Origin: an uncultured Leptospira sp.
GTDB taxonomy: Bacteria > Spirochaetota > UBA4802 > JAGODF01
Length of the DNA stretch: 64,000 bases
Assembly (NCBI GenBank): GCA_964502925.1
Contig: CAZCYH010000015.1
Coordinates: 6,002-70,001, forward strand
Direction of reading: 5' to 3'
Shown here: positions 48,804 through 58,513 of the stretch, in pieces
How the letters are laid out: each line of letters opens with the position of its first letter
Numbering within the stretch: the first letter of the stretch is position 1
Notes under the pieces: model-generated
The model's database searches: none
Told to the model about the DNA's origin: nothing
The model's input: the letters and a program-made list of their open reading frames with translations, nothing else
Made by a program: the position numbers and the translations under genes

Positions 48804-49424
48804 ATGCGGGGTGAGTTACGCAAAAAACAAATATTGGACTGTGCTAAAACGATTTTTTCCAGGAAGGGGTTTTACGATACCCAGATGGATGATATCGTTG
48901 AGATGGCGCGCATCGGGAAAGGAACCATTTACCAGTATTTTCGAAACAAGGAAGATATCTTTTTGACCCTTCTTGAATCCTTTGCTGCTGAATGGGAAAA
49001 ATTTTCGCAAATTAATCTACGTGAAATCACAGATGGACCTCCGTTTGAAAGTTTTCATATAAATTATCTCTATGCACGTATATCAAAAACGCTCCAGTTT
49101 TTTCAGGAAGACCCTGAGCGCAGCAATATCATACTTCGTATGGGCCCTGGTGTTAACATCGAATTCGACAGGTATTTTAAGCATTTTGAAAGCAGGATTA
49201 TTTCTGCGATTTTGGGCGATATTCGGCTGGCTCAGCGCCTCGGTAATATTTCAAAACACATCAACCGCGAACTTCTTGCCGATGGCATCCTCGGCGCGGT
49301 GTACCGCATGGCGCATACGCTTTTTGTGGTTGAGCGTGAAAAATATGCCGCGGGCAATTACGATGAACATCTCAGGCAGATTATTCTTGTGCTCGCACAT
49401 GGGATTTTTTATCAGGATCTCTGA
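48804..49424 (+). CDS. TetR/AcrR family transcriptional regulator
   Basis: ILDCAKTIFSRKGFYDTQMDDIVEMARIGKGTIYQYFRNKEDI. Confidence 0.92.
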   Translation: MRGELRKKQILDCAKTIFSRKGFYDTQMDDIVEMARIGKGTIYQYFRNKEDIFLTLLESFAAEWEKFSQINLREITDGPPFESFHINYLYARISKTLQFFQEDPERSNIILRMGPGVNIEFDRYFKHFESRIISAILGDIRLAQRLGNISKHINRELLADGILGAVYRMAHTLFVVEREKYAAGNYDEHLRQIILVLAHGIFYQDL

Positions 49425-49487
49425 TAATCCCACACAATAACGTAAAATGAAGTGACCATATCAGCGAGATAACTGGAAATATAATAA

Positions 49488-49524
49488 CATGAAAAGGCTG
49501 CGCTTCCCGCGCAGCCTTTTCATG
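49488..49524. terminator. Bidirectional terminator between convergent tetR and DUF2490 genes
   Basis: Perfect 16-bp IR CATGAAAAGGCTGCGC-TTCCC-GCGCAGCCTTTTCATG. Confidence 0.8.
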
Positions 49525-49550
49525 CGTGCGAATATCAACAACAAGTAGCA

Positions 49551-50381
49551 TCAGTACAGTTTGATTGTATAGGTTACCACGAGGTAGAAATAATGCCCTT
49601 TCTTGGTAAGTTCATAATCATCAGCCGGATTATGTAAGGACTCAAGAATATACTGTGGGTGAATTGACAGCGTCGGGTCAAAGCGATACAAAATCCCGGC
49701 ATAAAATCTGTTCATGCTGAATCCATGTTGTTCGAAGAAAGGCTCGCCAATCTTGGCGCGATTATCGTTGGTTCCGCGGTCTTCAATGAGACCGATGAAC
49801 ACTTCATTGCCGATTGAGAGGGCGATCGAATCATTCAGAAAATACATCATGCTGACCATCTCACGCATAAGCAGCGACCATCCGCGTCGTTGAGCTTCTT
49901 CGGTATATACCGCATTGTTCGCATAGAGCTTGTTGTGCAGAATGATTCTATTGGCGAGCACAAAGCTTCCAAGTTTAATTTCGAATGTCGGTACCACTTC
50001 AAAATTGTGGGAATAATAATAATCATTATCCCTTCCACTCGCCCCACCGGGTATGTTCGGAAAACCCATGTAGTAATACCAGAGGGGCAGTTTGAAGGTC
50101 ACATTGTCGTTTAGTTTGTTAATATAGACGGGGCCCAGGAAAAGTTCATAAAACTGATTCCCTCGTCCTTCGTTGTCGGGTTGTGTGTCATCGTAAAATT
50201 CATAACGATGCCCCGGCATAATGGTAAACGCCCAGTTTGGGGAAAGTGCAAGGTTGATGTTAAAATACTCCCAGGTGCGGCGATACGTCGGAACGGCGGC
50301 TTGCGCATCGATTGCCGAGAAGAAAATGGCAAAAGCGACAAGCAGAAGAAGCACTACTACACAAAATCTTCCCTTTTTCAT
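49551..50381 (-). CDS. DUF2490-like outer-membrane beta-barrel protein
   Basis: GAGGAG RBS, signal peptide, NEVFIGL...MNRFYAG...PQYI, aromatic C-terminus. Confidence 0.7.
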   Translation of the reverse strand: MKKGRFCVVVLLLLVAFAIFFSAIDAQAAVPTYRRTWEYFNINLALSPNWAFTIMPGHRYEFYDDTQPDNEGRGNQFYELFLGPVYINKLNDNVTFKLPLWYYYMGFPNIPGGASGRDNDYYYSHNFEVVPTFEIKLGSFVLANRIILHNKLYANNAVYTEEAQRRGWSLLMREMVSMMYFLNDSIALSIGNEVFIGLIEDRGTNDNRAKIGEPFFEQHGFSMNRFYAGILYRFDPTLSIHPQYILESLHNPADDYELTKKGHYFYLVVTYTIKLY

Positions 50382-50558
50382 TACTTTACTCCTCGAATAA
50401 AATATGTTCACGGGGACATGCATCCCACGGTGAGGCGTAGTACAGTGTTTGAAGGCATTTTTTTTGATTTTTTTGTAAGCTAAAAAATTTGTTATGCTAA
50501 TGTCAATTGAAAATTTATAATATTTTCAAAAAAACATCATTGAATTTTTAAAAGGCTG

Positions 50559-51464
50559 TTAACGTGTTTTGTAAAAAATATTGGTAATTGCCGAATCGAT
50601 GTCGGGGTATTTGAAACTGAACCCTGCATGTAATATTTTGGCAGGAATGATGCGCTGTCCATGGAGCAACGTCTCCCCGAACTCACCGAGCAAGAGTTTC
50701 ACCGCAAAAGAAGGAACAGGCATAAACGAGGGCCGATGAAGAACTTTCCCAAGTGATGTGGAAAATTCAGCATTTGTGACTGGATTTGGCGCACACAGGT
50801 TTACCGGGCCGGATATATTCGTGTTTTCAAGGAGAAAGATATAAGCACCAATGATGTCCTCAAGATGTATCCACGAAAACCATTGTTTCCCGTTGCCGAG
50901 TGCACCACCAAGGAAGTATCGAAATAGCGGTTCCATGATTCCCAGTACGCCGCCGCCTTTGCCGAGGACAATTCCGAAGCGGGTGATGACGAATCGTGCG
51001 CCTTTCTCTCCCGTTCGCAGTGCTTCGCCTTCCCAATCGCGGCAAACGGAGGCTAAAAAATCATCCCCGGCATTGGCATTTTCATCGATACGTTCATCTC
51101 CTCGAAAGCCGTAATATCCCTGGGCAGAAGTGCTGTACAATGTGACGTTTTTACCTGCGGGAATCGCATCAACAATATTTCGTGTGGTGAGAATCCTGGA
51201 ATCATATATGGCTTTTTTTCTTTTTGCAGTCCATCGTCCGAATATGGATACGCCCGCCAGATTTATTATCAGGTCGGCGCTTTCAACTTCCTTTTGCCAT
51301 GGACCCGGCGATGTCATGTCGGCTGCAAGGTAGGCAATGCGGTTGTCCGGGATGTGCGGATTGGCAGGCAGATCGGCGATGAGTACACTGTGCCCCTTTT
51401 CTGCAAGATGCATGGCTACTGTTTTCCCGACAAAACCAAGTCCTCCTGAGATAAAAACTTTCAT
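50559..51464 (-). CDS. TIGR01777-family NAD-dependent epimerase-like oxidoreductase
   Basis: SGGLGFVG, INLAG, SRILTT, GNGKQWFSWIH, NLCAPNPV. Confidence 0.9.
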   Translation of the reverse strand: MKVFISGGLGFVGKTVAMHLAEKGHSVLIADLPANPHIPDNRIAYLAADMTSPGPWQKEVESADLIINLAGVSIFGRWTAKRKKAIYDSRILTTRNIVDAIPAGKNVTLYSTSAQGYYGFRGDERIDENANAGDDFLASVCRDWEGEALRTGEKGARFVITRFGIVLGKGGGVLGIMEPLFRYFLGGALGNGKQWFSWIHLEDIIGAYIFLLENTNISGPVNLCAPNPVTNAEFSTSLGKVLHRPSFMPVPSFAVKLLLGEFGETLLHGQRIIPAKILHAGFSFKYPDIDSAITNIFYKTR

Positions 51465-51667
51465 TGTGCAGGCTCCATCCTTATACGTGATTTTCGCGCA
51501 TACTATCTGATAGCGCGCTATGATTTATTCATAAGCGTGTAGAAGCGTTAAAATTTTTTCAAATATTAAATTATGCAAAGTAAAAAAAAAATTGATAAAA
51601 ATATATATATTGCTACATTTTAACTGTTATTTTTACAATCGATATCGGCACGATACAAGGGTGAGAT

Positions 51668-52126
51668 TTGTTGGATGAAATAATGATGACCAATACCGAG
51701 CGTGCGCTGTTTCTCTTCCGCAATGGGAACAATTGCGCCCAGGCGGTTTTTTCTACCTTTGGTCCTCTTCTCGGACTCGATGAAGATACATGCCTCAAGG
51801 TAGCATGTCCTTTTGGTGGGGGAATTGCTCGCTTCGGCAATGTATGTGGTGCGGTTACCGGAGCCCTTATGGTGATTGGCCTCTGCCATGGCAAAGGTGT
51901 CGATGGCGATGAAGCGTGTAAAAAACGTTTATACGAACTTGTGCGGAATTTTATTGAACAATTCAGCCAGCGCCACGAAACGATAATATGTCGGGAGCTC
52001 ATTGGGCTCGATATCAGCCGTCCCGAAGAGTATGAACGAGCGAAAAAAGAAGGAATTTTTTCTCAGTATTGTGAAAGCTATGTCATCAGTTCAGCGGAAA
52101 TTCTTGAAAAAATGTTGGCCCTTTAA
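51668..52126 (+). CDS. C-GCAxxG-C-C family putative redox protein
   Basis: NCAQAV, FGGGI, VCGAVTG, ICRELIG, YCESYV. Confidence 0.88.
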   Translation: MLDEIMMTNTERALFLFRNGNNCAQAVFSTFGPLLGLDEDTCLKVACPFGGGIARFGNVCGAVTGALMVIGLCHGKGVDGDEACKKRLYELVRNFIEQFSQRHETIICRELIGLDISRPEEYERAKKEGIFSQYCESYVISSAEILEKMLAL

Positions 52127-52137
52127 ATAATTGCGCC

Positions 52138-52388
52138 ATGGAAGAAGTGGCAGAGGGCATATTTCGAATTACCGAAAAAGGGTCGTGCGGAGCGATCAAA
52201 CCGTCGGTAAATATCTACATTATTCCAGGTTCAAATGGCCTTGTGTACGATGCAGGTTATGGAACCATACGGGATGTCCGGGTGAGGGCTGAGTGATAGT
52301 GACGCTCGACTACCTTGAGCGGAAGGGAATAATCTGGCACAGGTTCGTCGGAAAAAAAGTCTATTTTTCCTGCGATGATGCTGTCTAA
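52138..52388 (+). pseudogene. Internally deleted remnant of an MBL-fold metallo-hydrolase-like gene
   Basis: 52138-52296 reads MEEVAEGIFRITEKGSCGAIKPSVNIYIIPGSNGLVYDAGYGTIRDVRVRAE*. 52293-52388 in another frame reads VIVTLDYLERKGIIWHRFVGKKVYFSCDDAV*. The HxHxDH core is absent. Confidence 0.6.
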
Positions 52389-52390
52389 GT

Positions 52391-53737
52391 TCATCGCGCC
52401 AATATAATGCGCATATCCATCACATTTGTTCTTGTGGGGCCTGTTTTTGCAAGGTCGCCGAGTGCTTCGAAGAAGTGATACGAATCATTGTTTGCAAGAT
52501 ATTGCTCGCTATCAAGGCCTTTCTGACGAGCTCTTTGCAGTGTTGTTCCGTCTGCGATTGCACCTGCGGCATCGGTGGGTCCATCGGTGCCATCGGTACC
52601 GACGCTTGCGATGAGCATGTTGGGAAGCCCTGCAATTTCAATTGCGCTTCGAAGCACAAATTCCATATTTCTGCCGCCGAGGCCATTGCCCTGGACGCGA
52701 ACGGTCGTTTCTCCGCCGCTGATGATGCAGGCGGGGCGGGGGATGGGATTTCCGGTTGCATATATCTCACAGGCAATCCTTCCATGCAGAAGCGCTGCTT
52801 CGGATGTATCGCCTTCGAACATGGAAGAAAGTATCAGCGTTTTATAGCCGAGATGTTGAGCGCACTCTTTTGCCGCGGCGAGCGCCTGTATGTTTGATGC
52901 AAGAATTATCGGTGTGATGCGGGTAAAAGCAGGATCGTCGCATTTCGCCGTTTCGGGAACCCTTCCTTCTCTACCCGCGAGAAGCCGTACCGTCACCGAT
53001 GCAGGGAGAATTTCGGCAAGATGATATTTTCGCACGATCTGGAGTGCGTCATCGTAGGTGCTTATGTCGGGAGAAAAAGGTCCCGATGCAATTGCGGAGA
53101 TGTCATCGCCCACGACGTCGGAAATCATGCAGTTTACTACCATGGCGGGATATGCTGCTCTGGCGAGCAAACCGCCTTTCACCTGAGAGATATGTTTGCG
53201 GACACAATTAATTTCTTCTATGTTCGCGCCGCAGCGAAGCAAGATATTGGTGGTAGTAATTTTATCTTCAAGAGAGATGCCTGCGGGAAGCGTCAAAAGC
53301 GATGAACCGCCGCCGCTTAGAAGCGATATGATAAGATCGTTTTTCCCGGCGCTTTTCACCAGTTGATATAACTGTGCGGTAGCTTCCATGCCTCTTCTGT
53401 CGGGGAGCGGGTGAGAGGCTTCCACCTGCGCGATGCGCCTGAGAGTGCCACAATGCCCGTCCTTGACGATGATGATGCCTTCGGAAATTCTATCGCCCAA
53501 CAGTGTTTCGATGGCTTCTGCCATCGGAGCGGTTGCTTTTCCCGCTCCGACGACGAAAATGCGATCGAAATTATTTAGCGGCAATCTGAGGTGCTGCCCG
53601 TCGCGTCTGGTTATGTTGAGGATATTCCCATCGCGATTGATGTGACGTAGTACTGAAGCGTACGGATCAACCGCCGTGATGGCGGATGCAAGAATTTCAT
53701 GAAAATTCGCACGAAGCGTATCGAGATGAGAATTCAT
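52391..53737 (-). CDS. Glycerate 2-kinase (MOFRL family)
   Basis: GAGKA, LLSGGGSSL, GGETTV, GGRN, GTDGTDG, TGPTRTNVMD. Confidence 0.92.
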   Translation of the reverse strand: MNSHLDTLRANFHEILASAITAVDPYASVLRHINRDGNILNITRRDGQHLRLPLNNFDRIFVVGAGKATAPMAEAIETLLGDRISEGIIIVKDGHCGTLRRIAQVEASHPLPDRRGMEATAQLYQLVKSAGKNDLIISLLSGGGSSLLTLPAGISLEDKITTTNILLRCGANIEEINCVRKHISQVKGGLLARAAYPAMVVNCMISDVVGDDISAIASGPFSPDISTYDDALQIVRKYHLAEILPASVTVRLLAGREGRVPETAKCDDPAFTRITPIILASNIQALAAAKECAQHLGYKTLILSSMFEGDTSEAALLHGRIACEIYATGNPIPRPACIISGGETTVRVQGNGLGGRNMEFVLRSAIEIAGLPNMLIASVGTDGTDGPTDAAGAIADGTTLQRARQKGLDSEQYLANNDSYHFFEALGDLAKTGPTRTNVMDMRIILAR

Positions 53738-53814
53738 CCGAATGATATAATTGGAGCACGCATTTGCTTGAATACAGTTTCCACTGTCCTGGCTTTTACT
53801 ATATGTCGGAAATC

Positions 53815-54003
53815 TTACCGTGCGCGCGATTCAAGCTCGCGTTTCCGCTGGAGTAAGTGCTTGTAGTACACCGATTTTGTCTGCCGGGCGCTTTCAAAAT
53901 CGCCGATCTTTTTCTGAATTTCTGCAAGAGTGAGCTTATTGATTTTTTTGGTTTTGTTACCAGTTTGCTGGCTGCTTTCCTGAGCTTGAGTTTCGCCTGC
54001 CAT
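53815..54003 (-). CDS. Small basic helical hypothetical protein (62 aa)
   Basis: GAGGT RBS before ATG at 54003; KKINKLTLAEIQKKI...SVYYKHLLQRKREL. Confidence 0.7.
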   Translation of the reverse strand: MAGETQAQESSQQTGNKTKKINKLTLAEIQKKIGDFESARQTKSVYYKHLLQRKRELESRAR

Positions 54004-54068
54004 TATGCACCTCACAATAGAATATAATCTTTTCCTGCATAACCGTGCCGGTAAGATGCAAGAAATAT

Positions 54069-54120
54069 GGGAACTTCTAAAAACAGTTTTTTAGGATGAA
54101 AGCGGTTTTTAGAGATGCCC
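54069..54120. mobile_element. MITE/REP-like element, copy 2 (52 bp, opposite orientation)
   Basis: Reverse complement GGGCATCTCTAAAAACCGCTTTCATCCTAAAAAACTGTTTTTAGAAGTTCCC shares both ends with copy 1. Confidence 0.7.
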
Positions 54121-54186
54121 ATCAATATCATTTCAACAATAAATAAGCGCGGTCTGTCAAGAAAAATACTGCAACGCGATTTATAG

Positions 54187-55359
54187 CTACAGCGTTTGTA
54201 ATGCCTCTTTGAAACCGGGCAAAGACCTGTGTATCGTATCTTCATCAACACAGTACGCGATGCGGAAATACCCTGGCCCTGCAAATCCTGAACCGGGAAC
54301 GACTAAAATATTATATTTCAACAGATGATTGACGAACGCTTTATCGTCGGGAACGGGCGATTTGCAGAATAGGTAGAAAGCTCCCTCGGGCTTAACAACG
54401 CTATACCCCGCATCCACAAGCCCTTTATAGAAAAGATCACGGCGTCTCTTATATGCTTCGACGGGGACCGATATGTGAATCAGTTTTGCAACCGCGCGCT
54501 GCATGAGTGCTGGCGCATTGACAAATCCCAGAATTCTGTTCGAAAAAACAAGTCCGGAGAGGAGCAACTCAGAATTGCGTATGGATGGATTGACCGCCAC
54601 ATAGCCGATGCGCTCACCGGGTATCGAGAGAGTCTTGGAGTATGAAGTTGCTATCATGGAATTGGTGCAGTGCCGGAAAATGCTCGGCACTTGTACGCCA
54701 TCGTATACTATCTCACGATACGGCTCGTCGGCGATAAGGTAGATCGACCGCTCTTCCTTCCTTTCATTGAGCATTTCTCCGAGCTTCTGTATCTGGGCTT
54801 CGGGATAGACACGGCCGGTTGGATTATTTGGCGAAGTGATGAGCACAGCCCTTGTTTTCTCGGTGATTGCTGATGCAATTGCATCAATATTCAGGGTGAA
54901 ATCTTCGGCACTTTCCACCAGTACCATTTTCCCGCCGTGGTTTTGAATGTAAAATCCGTATTCGACAAAACAGGGACGCGGGACAATCACCTCATCGCCA
55001 GGATCGAGTATTGTTTTGAATATCACATTCATCCCACCGGCAGCGCCGCAGGTCATAATGACATGCGATCCAGGTATCGCCATTTGCTGCTCTTTTGAAA
55101 TTTTTTCAGCAACAGCATCGCGCACATCGGGAAAACCGGCGTTGGACATGTAGCCATGCATCCCTTTCTGAGGCGCTTTCATGAAATCGATAATTACATT
55201 GAAGAACTCTTTCGGCGGGTCAAGATCGGGATTGCCGATGCTGAAATCGAACACGTTTTCGGGGCCAAATTTCTTTTTGAGTTCCATGCCCTGCTCAAAC
55301 ATCTTTCGAATGAAAGAAGCATTTTTCATGGATTCTTCGATATAGCGCGATATCATCAT
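54187..55359 (-). CDS. PLP-dependent class I/II aminotransferase
   Basis: FSIGNP, SPNNPTG, ADEPY, SYSKTLSIPGERIGY, PEGAFY. Confidence 0.93.
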   Translation of the reverse strand: MMISRYIEESMKNASFIRKMFEQGMELKKKFGPENVFDFSIGNPDLDPPKEFFNVIIDFMKAPQKGMHGYMSNAGFPDVRDAVAEKISKEQQMAIPGSHVIMTCGAAGGMNVIFKTILDPGDEVIVPRPCFVEYGFYIQNHGGKMVLVESAEDFTLNIDAIASAITEKTRAVLITSPNNPTGRVYPEAQIQKLGEMLNERKEERSIYLIADEPYREIVYDGVQVPSIFRHCTNSMIATSYSKTLSIPGERIGYVAVNPSIRNSELLLSGLVFSNRILGFVNAPALMQRAVAKLIHISVPVEAYKRRRDLFYKGLVDAGYSVVKPEGAFYLFCKSPVPDDKAFVNHLLKYNILVVPGSGFAGPGYFRIAYCVDEDTIHRSLPGFKEALQTL

Positions 55360-55474
55360 ACGGGTAACTCCAAAATCTGGGATGTTCGAACATACGTGGT
55401 AGGGAAATTGCTTTATGCAAACACTTTTTTATGTGATTCGCTGAAATTTGCGTACGGGGGGCTGGTGCAGCACA

Positions 55475-56911
55475 TTATTCCTTAATTTTCGATCCCCGGA
55501 AAATAAACACGGTTCTTCCGATTTTTATTTCGTCCCAGTCACAGAGCGTTTTTGGGCGAAGCAATTTTTTCTCATTTAAATACGTGCCGTTTTCGGACAC
55601 AAGATCGAACAGCATATACGAATCTTTAAAGCGTTTTATTTTAGCATGGGTGAGCGACACCGCCTGATCGGGTACCACGATGGTGTTGCTTGCTTCTCTT
55701 CCGATTGTGGTTTCATCCCAGAAAATTGGAAATTTCTTTCCGGAGGCCGGCCCGTCCTTCATCACCAGCCAGGCTTTAGAATAGGCAAACTCCGGATCGC
55801 GCGGCGTGAGTGTGGGAGCATGTGTTGATATGGGTTCATCATCAAAGGAATCGAAAAAAATAGGATGCGATGATTTTTGTGGAGCGGGAGCAACGTGTTC
55901 TCTGAAAAGCCGATGCCCGCTTCGAATGATAATCGCAATCAGCAGGGAAAGCAGTATGATGAGAATGAGAATAAGCGCGGCAATGAGAATGTCGAGCAAA
56001 TGAGGTATATTCAGCGGCTGCACAGAACTGGAAGTTGCGAAATCGGAAAACGCGCGATCGGAGAGTGCTCCTTTTGAAAATCGAATTTCAAGCTGATGTT
56101 TTTTTCCGTCTAATGGAGTCTTCGATTCATAGCTAATGAGATATTCGGCTTTTCTGGGTATGGATGATTTTTTTACGGAGCTGACATTAAATGATTCAAT
56201 TGAGCTGGCTAAATTGCCGCCCGTTTCCTGTGCGAGGCGTTTAATCAGGGAGGTGCAGGATTGCTCGGCGGGGCAGATCACGTGAACAGGGATGCCAGAT
56301 TCTTTTGAAAGCCGGACTACATCGTGCAATTGGACGGGACTTCCTTCGTCTTTGCCGTCGGTGAAGACGTAGAGCGATTTTTGTTTTCCATGCATGTCGC
56401 GAAGTTTCAGGAGTGAATCGTAGAGCGCGGAGTAAAGAAGGGTTTTGCTCCCATGCCGCTTTAATGCGGAGATATTCGATACTATTTGTTCGCGGGTGGC
56501 GTGTAAGCTGTTCATTTGAACCACATGATCGTTAAAACGGACAATGGCGGCTTTTTCGCTTTCCGCGAGTGATGCGACAATTTCACGGACAGATTGTTTG
56601 ATTTTTTCGAAGTGCCTGTATGAAATGCTTTTGCTCGTATCTATTGCGATGATGAGAGCATGAACAGTCTCCGGCGCGGATAGCGGCACAAGGTCGGTGA
56701 GAGCAATAGCTTTTCCGTCTTCAAAAAGGGTGAAATTCTCTTTTGATATTTCAAAAATAGAACCGTCATTGACATCAATAGCTATTTTGACCGTGACGAG
56801 TGGGTATTTTGAGCAGGCATCGATTTCATTGATGGTGAGCGCACTTTCGGCACGAATTGCATGTGCTGAAATGATAATGAGTGCTATGATAAATTGTAAT
56901 AAACGCTTCAT
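55475..56911 (-). CDS. Exported VWA domain - TM - cytoplasmic FHA domain protein
   Basis: Signal peptide, MIDAS DTSKS...T...TDG, long TM helix, FHA motifs IGR, VSLTHA, SENGTYLN. Confidence 0.87.
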   Translation of the reverse strand: MKRLLQFIIALIIISAHAIRAESALTINEIDACSKYPLVTVKIAIDVNDGSIFEISKENFTLFEDGKAIALTDLVPLSAPETVHALIIAIDTSKSISYRHFEKIKQSVREIVASLAESEKAAIVRFNDHVVQMNSLHATREQIVSNISALKRHGSKTLLYSALYDSLLKLRDMHGKQKSLYVFTDGKDEGSPVQLHDVVRLSKESGIPVHVICPAEQSCTSLIKRLAQETGGNLASSIESFNVSSVKKSSIPRKAEYLISYESKTPLDGKKHQLEIRFSKGALSDRAFSDFATSSSVQPLNIPHLLDILIAALILILIILLSLLIAIIIRSGHRLFREHVAPAPQKSSHPIFFDSFDDEPISTHAPTLTPRDPEFAYSKAWLVMKDGPASGKKFPIFWDETTIGREASNTIVVPDQAVSLTHAKIKRFKDSYMLFDLVSENGTYLNEKKLLRPKTLCDWDEIKIGRTVFIFRGSKIKE

Positions 56912-56952
56912 GCTCGTATTCTCGGTATGCTGTACTGTCTAAGTGTCATGCT

Positions 56953-56979
56953 GTATCGGCTTTTTACAATAAAAATTTG
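56953..56979 (-). promoter_or_regulatory. Candidate sigma28 (FliA)-type promoter for the VWA-FHA gene
   Basis: Minus strand reads CAAA-N15-GCCGATAC, against the consensus TAAA-N15-GCCGATAA. Confidence 0.45.
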
Positions 56980-57135
56980 TTGAAAAATGTATGAAGATAC
57001 AGAGATTGATCCTTCGCATTATCGTGTTCATGAAGAGCACTCCCTACGATATATTGTCGGTACAAAGCGGATGAATGGTTTATGATATTTTATACACGCA
57101 TATCATTCAATCAATGAATTGGAGAGCGGTATGTA

Positions 57136-57822
57136 ATGTACATCTTCAAGCAGCCTGATATATCGCATGAAAGTCCCTGCAGTTATCTCCCGGATCGTTT
57201 TTGGCGCTTCTGCTATTTTTATGCCGACGGGGTAAGCGCGGATGAATTGCAGGCACTTTTGAATGCCGGGTGGAGAAAATTCGGAAGCTATTTTTTTATG
57301 CCATTTTGTGATGGCTGCACTCAGTGCCTTCCGCTTAGGGTGCGGACGATGGAATTTTCGCCATCGCGGAATCAGCGGGATGTGCTCAAGCGGTGTCGCA
57401 ATGTCAGGGTGGAATTTCATCCGCTTGCGTATTCCGAGAAAATTTTCGAATTGTATGTTATTCATTCAAGGGACAGATTCGGCAATCAGGCATATAAGCG
57501 AGAATTTATGAACAATTTCTATAACCCCTCATGCCCTGCGATGCAGTCCGAGTATTATCTTGATGATGAACTCATCGGTGTTGGCTTTTTAGATGTCGCC
57601 AGCGAAGGCATCTCAAGCGTCTATTTTATTTTCGATACGAAGTATTCTTCTTTAAGTCTGGGGACTTTCAGCGTGATGAAGGAAATTGAGTATGCGGCAT
57701 CACAGGGGCTTCCATATTATTATTTAGGGTATTATATCAGCGAATGTCCCCGTATGCAATATAAGGCGCGTTTTAAACCATTTGAACTATACGACTGGGA
57801 TGCGAAAATCTGGAAATCCTAA
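57136..57822 (+). CDS. ATE-family aminoacyl transferase (Bpt-like Asp/Glu leucyltransferase)
   Basis: CSYLPD, GWRKFG, CDGCTQCLPLR, SSVYFIFD, SLGTFSV, YYYLGYYI..C..M.YK. Confidence 0.88.
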   Translation: MYIFKQPDISHESPCSYLPDRFWRFCYFYADGVSADELQALLNAGWRKFGSYFFMPFCDGCTQCLPLRVRTMEFSPSRNQRDVLKRCRNVRVEFHPLAYSEKIFELYVIHSRDRFGNQAYKREFMNNFYNPSCPAMQSEYYLDDELIGVGFLDVASEGISSVYFIFDTKYSSLSLGTFSVMKEIEYAASQGLPYYYLGYYISECPRMQYKARFKPFELYDWDAKIWKS

Positions 57823-57939
57823 TACACGCGGGCTTGAATAACGCAAGCGATATCATTCTTGACTTTTTCGCTATTGCGGATATGATGGCTTTTTGAGAAT
57901 AACTGCCTGCCAGTAAACGATGAAAATATTTTGCGCGCA

Positions 57940-58473
57940 ATGAAAAACCGTTTCACATTAATGCTGCCGCTGCTATTCATAGCGCTGGTATGTTCGAAAG
58001 ATGAAAACGACATCCCTGCGTATGGGTGCCTTGAAGGCAATTGCACCAACGGAATTGGAAAATACGCCACGCAATCCGGCGTGTACACGGGAAACTTTAA
58101 AGCCGGAGTGCCGCACGGTGAAGGGACATTCGTTTTCACCAACGGCGAACGATATGAAGGATATAATGAAAACTATAAAAAAATGAGATACGGCACATAT
58201 TTTTATCGTTCTGGCGAACGCTATGTGGGTGAGTGGAACAACGATGTCCGCGAAGGGCAGGGAGTATATTATTATTCAAACGGCGATAAATATGTGGGGC
58301 AGTGGGTTGGCGATATAAAAAAGGGGAAAGGAGTGTATCATTACCGAAATGGTGAACGCTTTGAAGGCAGTTTCGATGCCGACAAACCTCATGGCGCTGG
58401 TGTGCTGTATCGCAATGATGGAACGGCAAAGAAGGGCTTCTGGGTGTACGGTCAGTATGCCGGGCAGAAGTGA
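57940..58473 (+). CDS. MORN-repeat exported protein
   Basis: Repeats of Y.G.W....R.G.G.Y.Y.NG; signal ending ALV-C. Confidence 0.88.
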   Translation: MKNRFTLMLPLLFIALVCSKDENDIPAYGCLEGNCTNGIGKYATQSGVYTGNFKAGVPHGEGTFVFTNGERYEGYNENYKKMRYGTYFYRSGERYVGEWNNDVREGQGVYYYSNGDKYVGQWVGDIKKGKGVYHYRNGERFEGSFDADKPHGAGVLYRNDGTAKKGFWVYGQYAGQK

Positions 58474-58513
58474 AGGCCTGGAACTTTTTAATAACGAATG
58501 TATTGGAGAGTTG

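Noticed and set aside
56987-57085. 32-aa small ORF between VWA-FHA and the ATE-family gene
   Set aside because: No RBS or recognisable motif; lies in a divergent promoter region.
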